Part shown: positions 1-9,117 of the stretch, in pieces
Numbering within the stretch: position 1 is the stretch's first letter
Layout of the letters: each line of letters begins with the position of its first letter
Assembly (NCBI GenBank): GCA_036824145.1
Contig: DAITAT010000003.1
Location: 1 to 62,628, forward strand
Length of the DNA stretch: 62,628 nucleotides
Direction: 5' to 3'
From: Candidatus Dormiibacterota bacterium
GTDB lineage: Bacteria; Chloroflexota; Dormibacteria; DASZGP01
Position numbers and translations under genes: made by a program
Notes under the pieces: model-generated
What the model was told of the DNA's origin: nothing
The model's input: only the letters and a program-made list of their open reading frames with translations
Database searches by the model: none

Positions 1-897
1 TATGTCGTGCGCGACGCCGATGCCGCCGAACCGCGCCTCGGCGCCCTGACGGATGAGGGCGTCGTCGACGTCGTTACCAGCGACGGAATCACGGCCGGAG
101 ACATGTTGCAGGCGCTTGCGTCCGCTGGCGGCGTCGCGGGGCTGCGTGCGGCGGCAGGCGGAGCGGCACGGCAGCTGGCGGCGGTCAGGCTGCTGGCGCC
201 GTTGGCGCGTCCGCCGTCGTTCCGCGACTTCATGGCCTTCGAGAAGCACGTTCGCAACGCCCGCGCCAGGCGGGGCCTCGAGGTCCCGCAGGCCTGGTAC
301 GAGATCCCGGCCTTCTACTTCTCCAACGCGGCGACGATCCGAGGGCCAGAGGACCCGGTGTGGGCCCCACCGGGCTCATCAGCCTTGGATTTCGAGTTCG
401 AGGTCGCCGCGGTGATCGGCAAGGGTGGCATCGACATCCCGCGGGAGCGTGCCTTCGAGCACCTCGCCGGGCTGACCATCCTCAACGACTGGAGTGCCCG
501 GGACCTGCAGATGAAGGAAATCCCAGTGCTCTTGGGACCGGCCAAAGGCAAAGATTTCGCGACCAGCATGGGCCCCTGGCTTTTGACTTTCGATGAGCTC
601 CAGGATCGCGTCCTGGGCGAACGCATCGACCTGGCCATGGCTGCTCGCCTCAACGGCGAGGAGCGCACCCGCGGCAACCTCGACGACCTCCACCATACGA
701 TTCCCAGGCTGATCGCGCATGCGTCGGCCGGTGTCGAGCTCTTCCCCGGCGAGGTGTTGGGCACCGGCACGCTCGGGGGAGGCTGCCTGCTGGAGGACCC
801 CGACCCCCGGTACCTGCAGCCGGGCGACCTGGTCGAGCTCGAGGTTGAGCGACTAGGAGTGCTCCAGACCGAGGTCGTGGCGCGGCCCAGTCTTTAA
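1..897 (+). CDS. Fumarylacetoacetate hydrolase (FAH) family protein, 5'-truncated by window edge
   Basis: FRDFMAFEKH, DFEFEVAAVIG, NDWSARDLQ, KGKDFATSMGP, GEVLGTGT motifs; frame 1 is open from base 1. Confidence 0.9.
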   Translation, partial: YVVRDADAAEPRLGALTDEGVVDVVTSDGITAGDMLQALASAGGVAGLRAAAGGAARQLAAVRLLAPLARPPSFRDFMAFEKHVRNARARRGLEVPQAWYEIPAFYFSNAATIRGPEDPVWAPPGSSALDFEFEVAAVIGKGGIDIPRERAFEHLAGLTILNDWSARDLQMKEIPVLLGPAKGKDFATSMGPWLLTFDELQDRVLGERIDLAMAARLNGEERTRGNLDDLHHTIPRLIAHASAGVELFPGEVLGTGTLGGGCLLEDPDPRYLQPGDLVELEVERLGVLQTEVVARPSL

Positions 898-947
898 CAA
901 AAGCTTCACACCTGGGTACCAAGGTATGTGTATCCCCTCCCTTCCTC

Positions 948-1010
948 GAGGCCTCTCGAACTAACCAGGAAAGATCGCTTTCAGGTCCCAGACGAGAGGC
1001 CTCTTTCTTT
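948..1010 (+). terminator. Branched stem-loop followed by T-rich tract; terminator or structured RNA candidate
   Basis: GAGGCCTCTCG (948-958) / CGAGAGGCCTC (993-1003) 11-bp inverted repeat, inner GAAAG-atcg-CTTTC hairpin, then TTTCTTT. Confidence 0.45.
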
Positions 1011-1033
1011 GCCCGCCAGTAGGATTGCTGGCG

Positions 1034-2563
1034 ATGGCACAAGCAAGGCCGTTCTCGGCCGAGGGCCGGCGCGCCAACCTCGCCGACCTGGCCGAAACCG
1101 AATTGGACCTGCTCGTCATCGGGGGCGGCATCACCGGCGCGGGGGTGGCCCTTCAGGCGGTTCAGAAGGGCTACCGCGTCGGCCTGGTGGAGGCTCGAGA
1201 CTTCGCCTCAGGCACCAGCAGCCGGTCGAGCAAGCTCGTGCACGGGGGCATCCGCTACCTGGCCCAGGGCGACGTCGGGCTGGTCCACGAGGCGCTCCAG
1301 GAGCGGCGCCGCCTGATCGAGCTCTTTCCCGACCTGGTGTCGCCGCTGCCGTTCCTGATGCCCATCCCGCGCCGGCTGAGGCAGGCTGCGGTGCTGTCGG
1401 CCGGGTTCTGGACCTACGACACGCTTTCGATAGGCTCCGGCTTCCCGCGCCACAAGCGAATCGGCATCGAGGAAGCCCGTCGGATCGCGCCTGCCCTACA
1501 GCGAAGCGACATCCGCGGTGCCTGGAAGTACTGGGACGCCCAGACCGACGACGCCAACCTCACCGTCGAGGTGATGCGCCGAGCCGCGGCGGCCGGAGCG
1601 CTGGTGGCCAACTACGCCTCCGTGACCCGGGCTGAGAGGACCGGCGACAGCTGGACGGTCAGCGTTAGCGACGCCATCACCGACACAGCTCTCACGGTGC
1701 GGGCGCGCTGGCTGGTCAACGCCGGCGGGGTGTGGGCGGAGCACATCGAGGGGATCACCGGGCGGCGGCCCAAGACCCATGTCCGGCCCAGCAAGGGGGT
1801 GCACGTGTCGTTCGCGGCCGAGACGTTGCCCATCGAGGCGGCGTTGATCTTTCCCGTGGGCGACGGTCGGGTTCTGTTCGCGGTGCCCTGGCATGGTTAC
1901 GTTATCGTCGGCACCACCGACAACGACTACACCGGCGACATCATCAACCCCGGGTGCACGCCCGAGGAGGAGGCCGACGTCCTCGCCGCCGTCAATCGCT
2001 TCTTCGACCTGGGCCTCGGTCCCGACGCCGTCCTCAGTCGCTGGGCCGGGGTCCGGCCCCTGGTCATCGACGGCGAGCCCGGCTCGGACAAGGTCTCCAC
2101 CAAGGACATCAGCCGCAAACCACAGATCCAGCTCGACGGCGACGGCTTGCTCACCGTCACCGGCGGCAAGCTCACGACCTTCTGGCGGATGGCCGAGGAC
2201 GCCCTCAAGCTGCTGCCGCCGCCATCCTCGCCTGGCGGCTCTAATGCACCCGCCGCAGCGCCCGCCACCGCCCCGGAGGAGTGGGACAGCGAGCCACTTC
2301 CTGGCGCGGCCGGCTATACCATCGGCGACGTCCGGCGCGCCTGCGACGAAGGCATGGCGATGCAGCTGGAGGACGCTCTCAGCCGGCGCCTCCGCCTCAG
2401 CTTCCTCGACGTGTCGGCGGCGCTCGCGGCGGCACCCGAGGCGGCCAGGATGATGGCTTCCCGGCTGGGCTGGCCGGACACCACCCCCCATCTCGAGCGC
2501 TACCGTGCCCACCTGGACCGCGAGTTCGCGACCCCGATCCTGGAGAGCGCTATAGAGGCTTGA
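1034..2563 (+). CDS. glpD: FAD-dependent glycerol-3-phosphate dehydrogenase/oxidase
   Basis: GGGITGAG FAD motif, DFASGTSSRSSKLVHGGIRYL, WAGVRPL, TGGKLTT; ATG 1034 chosen over TTG 1025. Confidence 0.9.
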   Translation: MAQARPFSAEGRRANLADLAETELDLLVIGGGITGAGVALQAVQKGYRVGLVEARDFASGTSSRSSKLVHGGIRYLAQGDVGLVHEALQERRRLIELFPDLVSPLPFLMPIPRRLRQAAVLSAGFWTYDTLSIGSGFPRHKRIGIEEARRIAPALQRSDIRGAWKYWDAQTDDANLTVEVMRRAAAAGALVANYASVTRAERTGDSWTVSVSDAITDTALTVRARWLVNAGGVWAEHIEGITGRRPKTHVRPSKGVHVSFAAETLPIEAALIFPVGDGRVLFAVPWHGYVIVGTTDNDYTGDIINPGCTPEEEADVLAAVNRFFDLGLGPDAVLSRWAGVRPLVIDGEPGSDKVSTKDISRKPQIQLDGDGLLTVTGGKLTTFWRMAEDALKLLPPPSSPGGSNAPAAAPATAPEEWDSEPLPGAAGYTIGDVRRACDEGMAMQLEDALSRRLRLSFLDVSAALAAAPEAARMMASRLGWPDTTPHLERYRAHLDREFATPILESAIEA

Positions 2564-2645
2564 CCGACGCAGCCGTCAACCGGCTGTCACATTATCGTGG
2601 GCGAATCGCAGTGGCCCAGGCGGGGTGTCGCACTACGCTGGGCTG

Positions 2646-3920
2646 ATGCTGGTTCGAATGGCACACCGGCGGGCATTTGCGCCTGCGGCGATTGTCGCCC
2701 TGGTGTCGATGACCTACGGGCTGGTGGCAGGGATCCAGGTCGATGCCTCGCCCGGCATCGGCAGCTGTCCTGCCTTCCCCGCCAACAACGTTTGGAACAC
2801 CGACATCTCGAGCCTGCCGGTGCATCCCAGCAGCGCCGCCTGGCTGGGCAACATGGGTGGGGCCTCTCGACTGCTGCATCCTGACTTCGGCCCCTCCGGC
2901 GGCGTGCCGTATGGCATCCCATTCAATGTCGTCGACTCCAGTCACCCCAAGATCAACCTGGCTTTCGACTACAGCGACGAGAGTGACCACGTCCCCTATC
3001 CCTTCGGCGCCGACACCTCGATCGAGGGCGGCTCGGGAGCAGGTGGCGACCGGCACGCAATCATGGTCGACCAGAGCACCTGCACCCTCTACGAGCTCTA
3101 CAACGCCCACTACAACGGCGCCAATGGTTCGACCGCAGGGTCGGGGGCGACCTGGAACCTGGGCGCCAACGGCCTGCGGCCGGCCACCTGGACCTCTGCC
3201 GACGCCGCCGGCTTGCCGATATTCCCCGGCCTGCTCCGGCTCGAGGAGGTCCAGGCGGGCCGGGTGCAGCATGCCATCCGCTTCACCGCCCAGCAGACCG
3301 ACCGCAGCTTCGTCTGGCCAGCCCGCCACCAGGCCGGGGCGTCTTCCAACTCCAGCTTGCCGCCGATGGGCGCACGTTTCCGGCTGCGCGCCGGCTTCCC
3401 CATCTCGCGCTTCGGCCCCGCCACCCAGGTCGTCCTCACCGCGATGCAGCACTACGGCTTGATCCTGGCCGACAACGGCTCCAACTGGTATTTCCAGGGC
3501 GGCGCCCAGAACGGTTGGAGCGACGCCATGATCTCGGAGTTGAAGACCATCCCCGCCGCCCAGTTCGACGCCATCGATGAGTCGTCGCTGATGATCGATC
3601 CCAACTCGGCCCAGGCGCGCCAGCCGGGTCGCGCCCCTGCGCCGCCCCCGGTGGTTCACCGGGCGCCGGTGGTGGCCGCGGTGCCGCCGCCTCCCGCCCC
3701 GGCCCCGACCGCCGCGGCCACCGAGGACCCCACGGCCTCGCCGCTGAGCGACCTGCCGCGGCACCGCACCGGGGTCGGCGCTGTGGGGCTGGCGAGCCTA
3801 CCGATCCCGCCGGTTCAGACTCGTGGCCTGCCTCTGGCCGCGTTCGCGGTTGCGGCCGCTGAGCTGCTTGCTCTGGCAGCCGTGGCCTGGCTGCTCCGAA
3901 AGCGGTTCGCCCTGGGTTAG
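2646..3920 (+). CDS. Secreted/surface-anchored protein of unknown function
   Basis: Signal-peptide-like N-terminus, globular domain (YGIPFNVV, DRHAIMVD, DAAGLPIFPGL, YGLILADNGS), Pro/Ala linker, C-terminal TM helix with RKR tail; TACGCT-N6-ATG leaderless start. Confidence 0.8.
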   Translation: MLVRMAHRRAFAPAAIVALVSMTYGLVAGIQVDASPGIGSCPAFPANNVWNTDISSLPVHPSSAAWLGNMGGASRLLHPDFGPSGGVPYGIPFNVVDSSHPKINLAFDYSDESDHVPYPFGADTSIEGGSGAGGDRHAIMVDQSTCTLYELYNAHYNGANGSTAGSGATWNLGANGLRPATWTSADAAGLPIFPGLLRLEEVQAGRVQHAIRFTAQQTDRSFVWPARHQAGASSNSSLPPMGARFRLRAGFPISRFGPATQVVLTAMQHYGLILADNGSNWYFQGGAQNGWSDAMISELKTIPAAQFDAIDESSLMIDPNSAQARQPGRAPAPPPVVHRAPVVAAVPPPPAPAPTAAATEDPTASPLSDLPRHRTGVGAVGLASLPIPPVQTRGLPLAAFAVAAAELLALAAVAWLLRKRFALG

Positions 3921-3924
3921 CGGG

Positions 3925-4746
3925 TCAGACGGGCGCGGGTCGGGTTCGAGGGCGACGCAGGAACGCGGTCAGGCCGACCGCCAGGAAGACGATGTAGGTC
4001 ATGAACTGCAGGGTGGTAGGGGAGGCGGCGTAGCCCAGCAGCCCGTGGAGGATGTCGCCAAGGATGCTGCTGTCGGCGATCAGTCCCCCGGCGTTCCACA
4101 TGTGCGTGTCGGCGCCCGGCAGCAGGTTCAGCACCTGCAGGTTTTCGACCATGTTGGCGAGCAGGCCCGCGGCCACCACCATCAGCGCCGCCCCGACCAC
4201 CTTGAAGAACCGCGACAGGTTCAACTTCATCCCCATGCGATAGATGGCGACCGCGATCGCCAGCGCCACCAGCAGCCCCGCGGTGGCGCCGACGACCAGG
4301 TGGATGGTGCTGTTTTGGAAGGCGATCGCGACCATGAAAATCGAAGTCTCCAGCGCCTCGCGGCCGACTGTGACCAACGCCGCCGTGAAGAGGGCCAGTC
4401 CTGACCCCATCGCGACGGCGCTGTCAACCCGGGAACGAAGGTCGACGCTCAGGTTGCGCGCGTGCCGCTTCATCCAGAAGGTCATGTAAGTGAGCACCAC
4501 GACGGCCAACCCGAAGGTCGCGGTCTCGAACCAGGTTTGCTGCTGGGAGCCGACAAAGCTGGATTTGACCAGCAAGTACAGCCCGGCGCCGACCACCGCC
4601 GAGACCGCGATGGCCACAGCCGCACCCGCCATCACCCACCGGAACAGCTCGCGCCGTCCGCCAGCGGCCAGGTAGGTGAGCAGGATCGCGCAAATCACGC
4701 TGCCCTCGATGCCTTCGCGAAGGAAGATGAGGAAGCTACCAGCCAT
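3925..4746 (-). CDS. efeU: FTR1/EfeU-family iron permease
   Basis: Two RExxE motifs (LREGIEG, GREALET), about 7 hydrophobic helices, C-terminal HGLLGY. Confidence 0.9.
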   Translation of the reverse strand: MAGSFLIFLREGIEGSVICAILLTYLAAGGRRELFRWVMAGAAVAIAVSAVVGAGLYLLVKSSFVGSQQQTWFETATFGLAVVVLTYMTFWMKRHARNLSVDLRSRVDSAVAMGSGLALFTAALVTVGREALETSIFMVAIAFQNSTIHLVVGATAGLLVALAIAVAIYRMGMKLNLSRFFKVVGAALMVVAAGLLANMVENLQVLNLLPGADTHMWNAGGLIADSSILGDILHGLLGYAASPTTLQFMTYIVFLAVGLTAFLRRPRTRPAPV

Positions 4747-4783
4747 GGAAGGGGCGCGCGTTGCGCATGATCACCGCCATCAC

Positions 4784-4820
4784 TTAGGGTGAACTATATC
4801 AAGAGCTAAGGGTGTACTAA
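4784..4820. promoter_or_regulatory. Tandem DtxR/MntR-type operators between permease and regulator
   Basis: TTAGGGTGAACTAT (4784-4797) and TAAGGGTGTACTAA (4807-4820), resembling TTAGGTTAGCCTAA-type boxes; site 1 overlaps the minus-strand -10 TATAGT (4793-4798). Confidence 0.65.
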
Positions 4821-4823
4821 GTC

Positions 4824-5486
4824 ATGAGCACAGTTGAGTCTCAGACCGTCAGTCGCTACCTCGAGGCGATCTACTACATCGACGCCGAGGGGGAGCGGGT
4901 GAAGGCCGCCCGGCTGGCGGAATGGCTGGGGGTCTCGCAGCCCACCGCCGGCGCCACCCTGCAGCGGATGGTGCGGGATGGCCTGGTCCAGATCTCCAGC
5001 TCCAAGGACGTCAGCCTCACCCCCGGTGGGCGGGATACCGCGGCCGCTGTGGTGCGCCGCCACCGCGTCGCCGAGCGCTGGCTGACGGATGTTCTCGGCC
5101 TCAACTGGCTGGCCGCCGACGAAGAGGCCGGTCGCCTCGAGCACGCCCTTTCCGATGCCGTAACCGATCGCCTCTACAAGCTCATCGGCGAGCCTCGCAC
5201 CTGTCCCCACGGCAACCCCATCCCGGGGGCCGCGGACGACGGCAAGACCGAGCAGGCGCTGCGCGACCTGCCCCCAGGCGCGAGGTCGCGTATCCGTCGG
5301 GTGTCGGAGGTGGCCGAGCACGAGACCCCTCAGTTGCTCAACTTCCTCGACAGCTGCGCCCTCAAGCTGGGTGCGCACGTGAAAAGCGTCGCGGTCAATG
5401 CCGGCGCCGGAACCCTCACCGTGGAGGTCGGCGGCCGCCAGGTGGCGATGTCGCTGCAGGTGGCGGGGAAGATCTGGGTCGAATAG
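4824..5486 (+). CDS. DtxR/MntR/IdeR-family metal-dependent repressor with FeoA-like C-terminal domain
   Basis: RYLEAIY, wHTH SQPTA, RRHRVAERWL, EAGRLEHALS, CPHGNPIP. Confidence 0.92.
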   Translation: MSTVESQTVSRYLEAIYYIDAEGERVKAARLAEWLGVSQPTAGATLQRMVRDGLVQISSSKDVSLTPGGRDTAAAVVRRHRVAERWLTDVLGLNWLAADEEAGRLEHALSDAVTDRLYKLIGEPRTCPHGNPIPGAADDGKTEQALRDLPPGARSRIRRVSEVAEHETPQLLNFLDSCALKLGAHVKSVAVNAGAGTLTVEVGGRQVAMSLQVAGKIWVE

Positions 5487-5545
5487 CGTTGTCACAAGTC
5501 ATCAAGGAATGGTGTGATTCTTTAAGGATCGGCTATGGTTGATGC

Positions 5546-5770
5546 GTGAGCGTCGTGGTGATCCGATCCCTCGCGGATCCGGACGAGGACCTAAAGCTGA
5601 CCAAGGTGTTCATAGACGCGCGACAGGCCGCTCGAGTAGCTGAGCAGTGGTCCAAAGAGGGCTACCGGGTGGAGGTCATCGACCTTCGAAACCGGAGCAG
5701 CAAGATGCTGACGGCGGCCGAGCGGGATCCCAACTTCCCGAAGCGCCCGCACCTGCCCTCCAAGAACTGA
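5546..5770 (+). CDS. Small hypothetical protein (74 aa), leaderless
   Basis: TATGGT (5534-5539) six nt before GTG; fills the gap between convergent genes. Confidence 0.65.
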   Translation: MSVVVIRSLADPDEDLKLTKVFIDARQAARVAEQWSKEGYRVEVIDLRNRSSKMLTAAERDPNFPKRPHLPSKN

Positions 5771-5804
5771 GTCGGAGCCTCGGCCATTCGCCGTGGCCGG
5801 TCAA

Positions 5805-7358
5805 TCAGGTCGGGTATACCCCGTGCTTTCGTTCCGAGCGCACCCGGAAGCGGGTGGCGTAGAGCTCGAAGCGCTTGATCAACTGGTCGCGCAGGTTCTC
5901 CGGCTCGACAATGTCGTCGACGATCAGCTCCGCCGCAAGCTTGTAGATGTCGACATCCTGGCTGTACTCGTCCTCCAGCTCGGCGCGGCGGCGGGCGGCC
6001 TCGTCCTCGGTCAGACCCTCGAGCTTCTTGGCAAAGACGGCGTTGACCGCCGCCTCCGGCCCCATCACCGCGATCCTTGCCGAGGGCAGCGCCAGGGTGC
6101 AGTCGGAGTCGTAGGCCGGCCCCGACATCGCGTAGAGCCCGGCCCCGTACGCCTTCCGCACGATCACTGAAATCTTCGGCACCGAGGCCTCGCTGACGGC
6201 GCTGATCATCTTGGCGCCGTGGCGGATGATGCCGGCGCGCTCGACAGCGGTACCGATCATGAAGCCGGGCACGTCGGCGAGGAAGAGCAGGGGGATGTTG
6301 AAAGCGTCGCACAGCCAGATGAAGCGGGCGGCCTTGTCGGCGGAATCGACGAACAGCACACCGCCTTTCTGCATCGGCTGGTTGGCAAGCAGCCCGACGA
6401 CGCGACCGTCGAGTCGGGCGAAGCCGGTGAGCAGCTCCTTCGCGTAGAGCTTCTTGACCTGCAGGAAACTGCCCTCGTCTACCAGCGCCTCGACCACCAG
6501 GCGCATGTCGTAGCCCTTGTTGGCGGCGTCGGGGACGATCGCGTCGATGGCCTTGGCGCCCGCGGCCGGATCGAGCGCCGGCCTGACATCTGGCTCCTCC
6601 CGGAAGCTCTGGGGCAGGTAACCCAGGTAGGCCTTGGCGACGTCGATGGCCTCGGCGTCATCGGCGACCAAAAAGTCGCCGCAACCGCTGACGGTGCAGT
6701 GCATTCGCGCCCCGCCCATCTCCTCCAGGGTCACCTTCTCACCGACCACGACCTCGGCCATCCGCGGCGAGCCCAGGTACATGCTGGCGTTACCCTCGAC
6801 CATGATCACGACGTCGCAGAACGCTGGGATGTAGGCTCCGCCCGCCGCCGATGGCCCGAACAGCAGGCACACCTGGGGAACGCGGCCGGAGAGCATCACC
6901 TGGTTGTGGAAGATCCGACCGGCGTGGCGGCGGCCCGGGAACATCTGGACCTGGTCGGTGATTCGGGCTCCGGCGGAGTCGACCAGGTAGACGATCGGCA
7001 CCAGCAGCCGCTCCGCCGTCTCCTGGATCCGCAGGATCTTCTCGACCGTGCGCGCTCCCCATGAGCCGGCCTTGACGGTGGGATCGTTGGCCATCACGCA
7101 GACCGGCCTGCCACCGATCCGGCCGACGCCGGTGACAACGCCGTCGGCGGGTAGGTCGTCTGCGAGCACGTTGGCGAAGAGCCCGTCCTCAACGAAGGAG
7201 CCCTGGTCCAGAAGCAGTTCGATGCGGGTGCGAACGGGGAGCTTGTTCTGCTCCACCAGCCGCTCGCGGTGTTTGACGCCACCAGCAAGGGCCTTGGACC
7301 TGAGGCGCTTCTGCTGGTCGGCGCGGCTCTCCCCCGGGCTGATCGGCTCCTCGCTCAT
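5805..7358 (-). CDS. Acyl-CoA carboxylase carboxyltransferase subunit (methylcrotonyl-CoA carboxylase beta / YngE-like)
   Basis: ADGVVTG, KAGSWG, DSAGARI, SAAGGAYIP, GGARMHCTVSG, DVPGFMIG, RKAYGAG; ATG 7358 overlaps upstream stop. Confidence 0.92.
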   Translation of the reverse strand: MSEEPISPGESRADQQKRLRSKALAGGVKHRERLVEQNKLPVRTRIELLLDQGSFVEDGLFANVLADDLPADGVVTGVGRIGGRPVCVMANDPTVKAGSWGARTVEKILRIQETAERLLVPIVYLVDSAGARITDQVQMFPGRRHAGRIFHNQVMLSGRVPQVCLLFGPSAAGGAYIPAFCDVVIMVEGNASMYLGSPRMAEVVVGEKVTLEEMGGARMHCTVSGCGDFLVADDAEAIDVAKAYLGYLPQSFREEPDVRPALDPAAGAKAIDAIVPDAANKGYDMRLVVEALVDEGSFLQVKKLYAKELLTGFARLDGRVVGLLANQPMQKGGVLFVDSADKAARFIWLCDAFNIPLLFLADVPGFMIGTAVERAGIIRHGAKMISAVSEASVPKISVIVRKAYGAGLYAMSGPAYDSDCTLALPSARIAVMGPEAAVNAVFAKKLEGLTEDEAARRRAELEDEYSQDVDIYKLAAELIVDDIVEPENLRDQLIKRFELYATRFRVRSERKHGVYPT

Positions 7359-8323
7359 GCCGGCACCGCCCCACCGGCGGCCGAGGACGGCGCCAGCCAC
7401 GGTGCGGGTCCCGCAAGATGAAGTTTGCCCGGCAGCTTCTCGCCGAGGGCTCGCTCCAGGCTGACCGCAGCTTCCATCATGCGATCAAGATCGATGCCGG
7501 TCTCGTAGCCGAGGTCGGTCACCATCGCCAGCATGTCCTCGGAGCAGACGTTGCCGGTGGAGTTGATCGCGAAGGGGCAACCGCCGATGCCGCCGATGGA
7601 GCCCTCGAGCAGCCGCACGCCGGCCTCGAGTGCCGCCTGGGCATTGGCCACGCCGAGGCCGCGAGTGTCATGGAAGTGCATCGCCACGTCGATCCCGGCG
7701 AAAACCTGCAGCGCCATCTCCGAGAGCCGCCGTACCTCAGCGGGCGCGGCGACGCCGATGGTGTCGCCAAATGACAGCTCCGCGACGCCCATGTCGGCAA
7801 GCCGTTGGGCCACCGCGACGGCGCGCTCGGGGGCCACGGGCCCCTCGTATGGACAGCCCCAGGCGACACTGACAGAGGCGTCGACCCGGACTTTCTTGGG
7901 CGCCGCGGCCGCCACCACCTCGCCGATGTACTGGAGCGTCTCCTCGACGCTGCGGTTGAGGTTGTGGCGGTTGAAGCCGTCGGTGACGCCGACGTTGACG
8001 AGCACGTTGGCGAGGCCGTCGTCGAAGAACCGCGAGGCCCGTTCCATCCCCTTGAGGTTGGGCACCAGCACCCGGACACGCTCGAGGACATCGCCGCCGC
8101 CGTCGCGCAGGGTCTCGAGGACGGTCTCAGCGTCGGCGAGCTGGGGCACCCATTTGGGCGAGACCATCGAGGTGACCTCTACCCGCGGCACGCCGGCGTC
8201 GAGGGCGGCATGGATGAGCTCGAGTTTTACCGGAGTCGATACGGGCCGGGGCCAGTTCTGGAAGCCGTCCCGGGGACCGACCTCAGTGAACCACACCTTG
8301 CCGCGGGCGGGGCTAGCGGTCAA
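7355..8323 (-). CDS. Hydroxymethylglutaryl-CoA lyase
   Basis: EVGPRDGFQN, SPKWVPQLAD, HFHDTRG, GGIGGCPFA, GNVCSED; TTGA overlap with upstream gene. Confidence 0.92.
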   Translation of the reverse strand: MTASPARGKVWFTEVGPRDGFQNWPRPVSTPVKLELIHAALDAGVPRVEVTSMVSPKWVPQLADAETVLETLRDGGGDVLERVRVLVPNLKGMERASRFFDDGLANVLVNVGVTDGFNRHNLNRSVEETLQYIGEVVAAAAPKKVRVDASVSVAWGCPYEGPVAPERAVAVAQRLADMGVAELSFGDTIGVAAPAEVRRLSEMALQVFAGIDVAMHFHDTRGLGVANAQAALEAGVRLLEGSIGGIGGCPFAINSTGNVCSEDMLAMVTDLGYETGIDLDRMMEAAVSLERALGEKLPGKLHLAGPAPWLAPSSAAGGAVPA

Positions 8324-9111
8324 CGTCCCTTGAACTCCGGCTCCCGCTTCTCGAAGAAAGCCATCACGCCCTCCTTGGTGTCCTCGGTGAGGGTCACCAG
8401 CGACAGCTGCGCCTGGAGGTACTCGAGGGCGGCCCGGAACTCCATGTCCTGGACCCGGTAGAAGGAGTCGCGGCCGAGCTTCATGATAATCGGCGACTTC
8501 TTCTCCAGCTTGCCCACGACCTCATCGACGGCGGCATCCAGCTCAGAGGCCGGAACCACGCGGTTGACCAGCCCGATGCGAAGCGCCTCATCGGCGTCCA
8601 AGCGGCCGCCCAGGAGGAGCATCTCCAGCAGCGGTTTTCGGGGCAGGTTCCGGATCAGCACCGCCTGGATCATCATCGCCCAGACCCCGACGTTGATCTC
8701 GGGAGTGCCGAAGGTGGCGTTGTCGGCGGCGACTAGGATGTCGCAGCTCGTGGCCAGCCCCAGGCCGCCGGCCAGGGCGTGGCCGTTGATGCGTCCGACG
8801 ATCGGCTTGCCCAGCTCCTGCATCAGGACGAAGAGCTCCACGAACATGTGCCTGCCGAGGTGGCGCTCGACCTCCGTCTGCTCGGTGTCGAAAGAGCTAA
8901 GGTCGGCGCCCGCGCAGAAGGCCTTGTCGCCGGCGCCGGTGAGGACGACGACGCGGATCTTGGGATCGTCACGAGCCCACTGGAAGGCGGTCAGCAGGTC
9001 ACGGAGCATGCCACCGCCCAGGGGGTTGCGCTGATCCGGCTTGTTGAGGGTGATGGTGCCGCGGTGGCGGGAGGCGTCGACGAGTACGTTTTCGAGTTGG
9101 GGCGCGGACAT
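8320..9111 (-). CDS. Enoyl-CoA hydratase/isomerase (methylglutaconyl-CoA hydratase-like)
   Basis: AFCAGADL, NGHALAGGLGL, FGTPEINVG; single catalytic Glu; ATG 9111 (ORF-track extension to 9660 is spurious). Confidence 0.88.
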   Translation of the reverse strand: MSAPQLENVLVDASRHRGTITLNKPDQRNPLGGGMLRDLLTAFQWARDDPKIRVVVLTGAGDKAFCAGADLSSFDTEQTEVERHLGRHMFVELFVLMQELGKPIVGRINGHALAGGLGLATSCDILVAADNATFGTPEINVGVWAMMIQAVLIRNLPRKPLLEMLLLGGRLDADEALRIGLVNRVVPASELDAAVDEVVGKLEKKSPIIMKLGRDSFYRVQDMEFRAALEYLQAQLSLVTLTEDTKEGVMAFFEKREPEFKGR

Positions 9112-9117
9112 GACCGC

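Noticed and set aside
3740-3920. LPXTG sortase signal in the secreted protein
   Set aside because: LPRHRTG and LPLAA do not match LPxTG; only a TM plus basic tail can be supported
4738-4780. 14-codon upstream ORF (MAVIMRNARPFHGW) overlapping the efeU start
   Set aside because: Possible coupling ORF, but it has no metal-sensing composition and such short ORFs arise easily by chance
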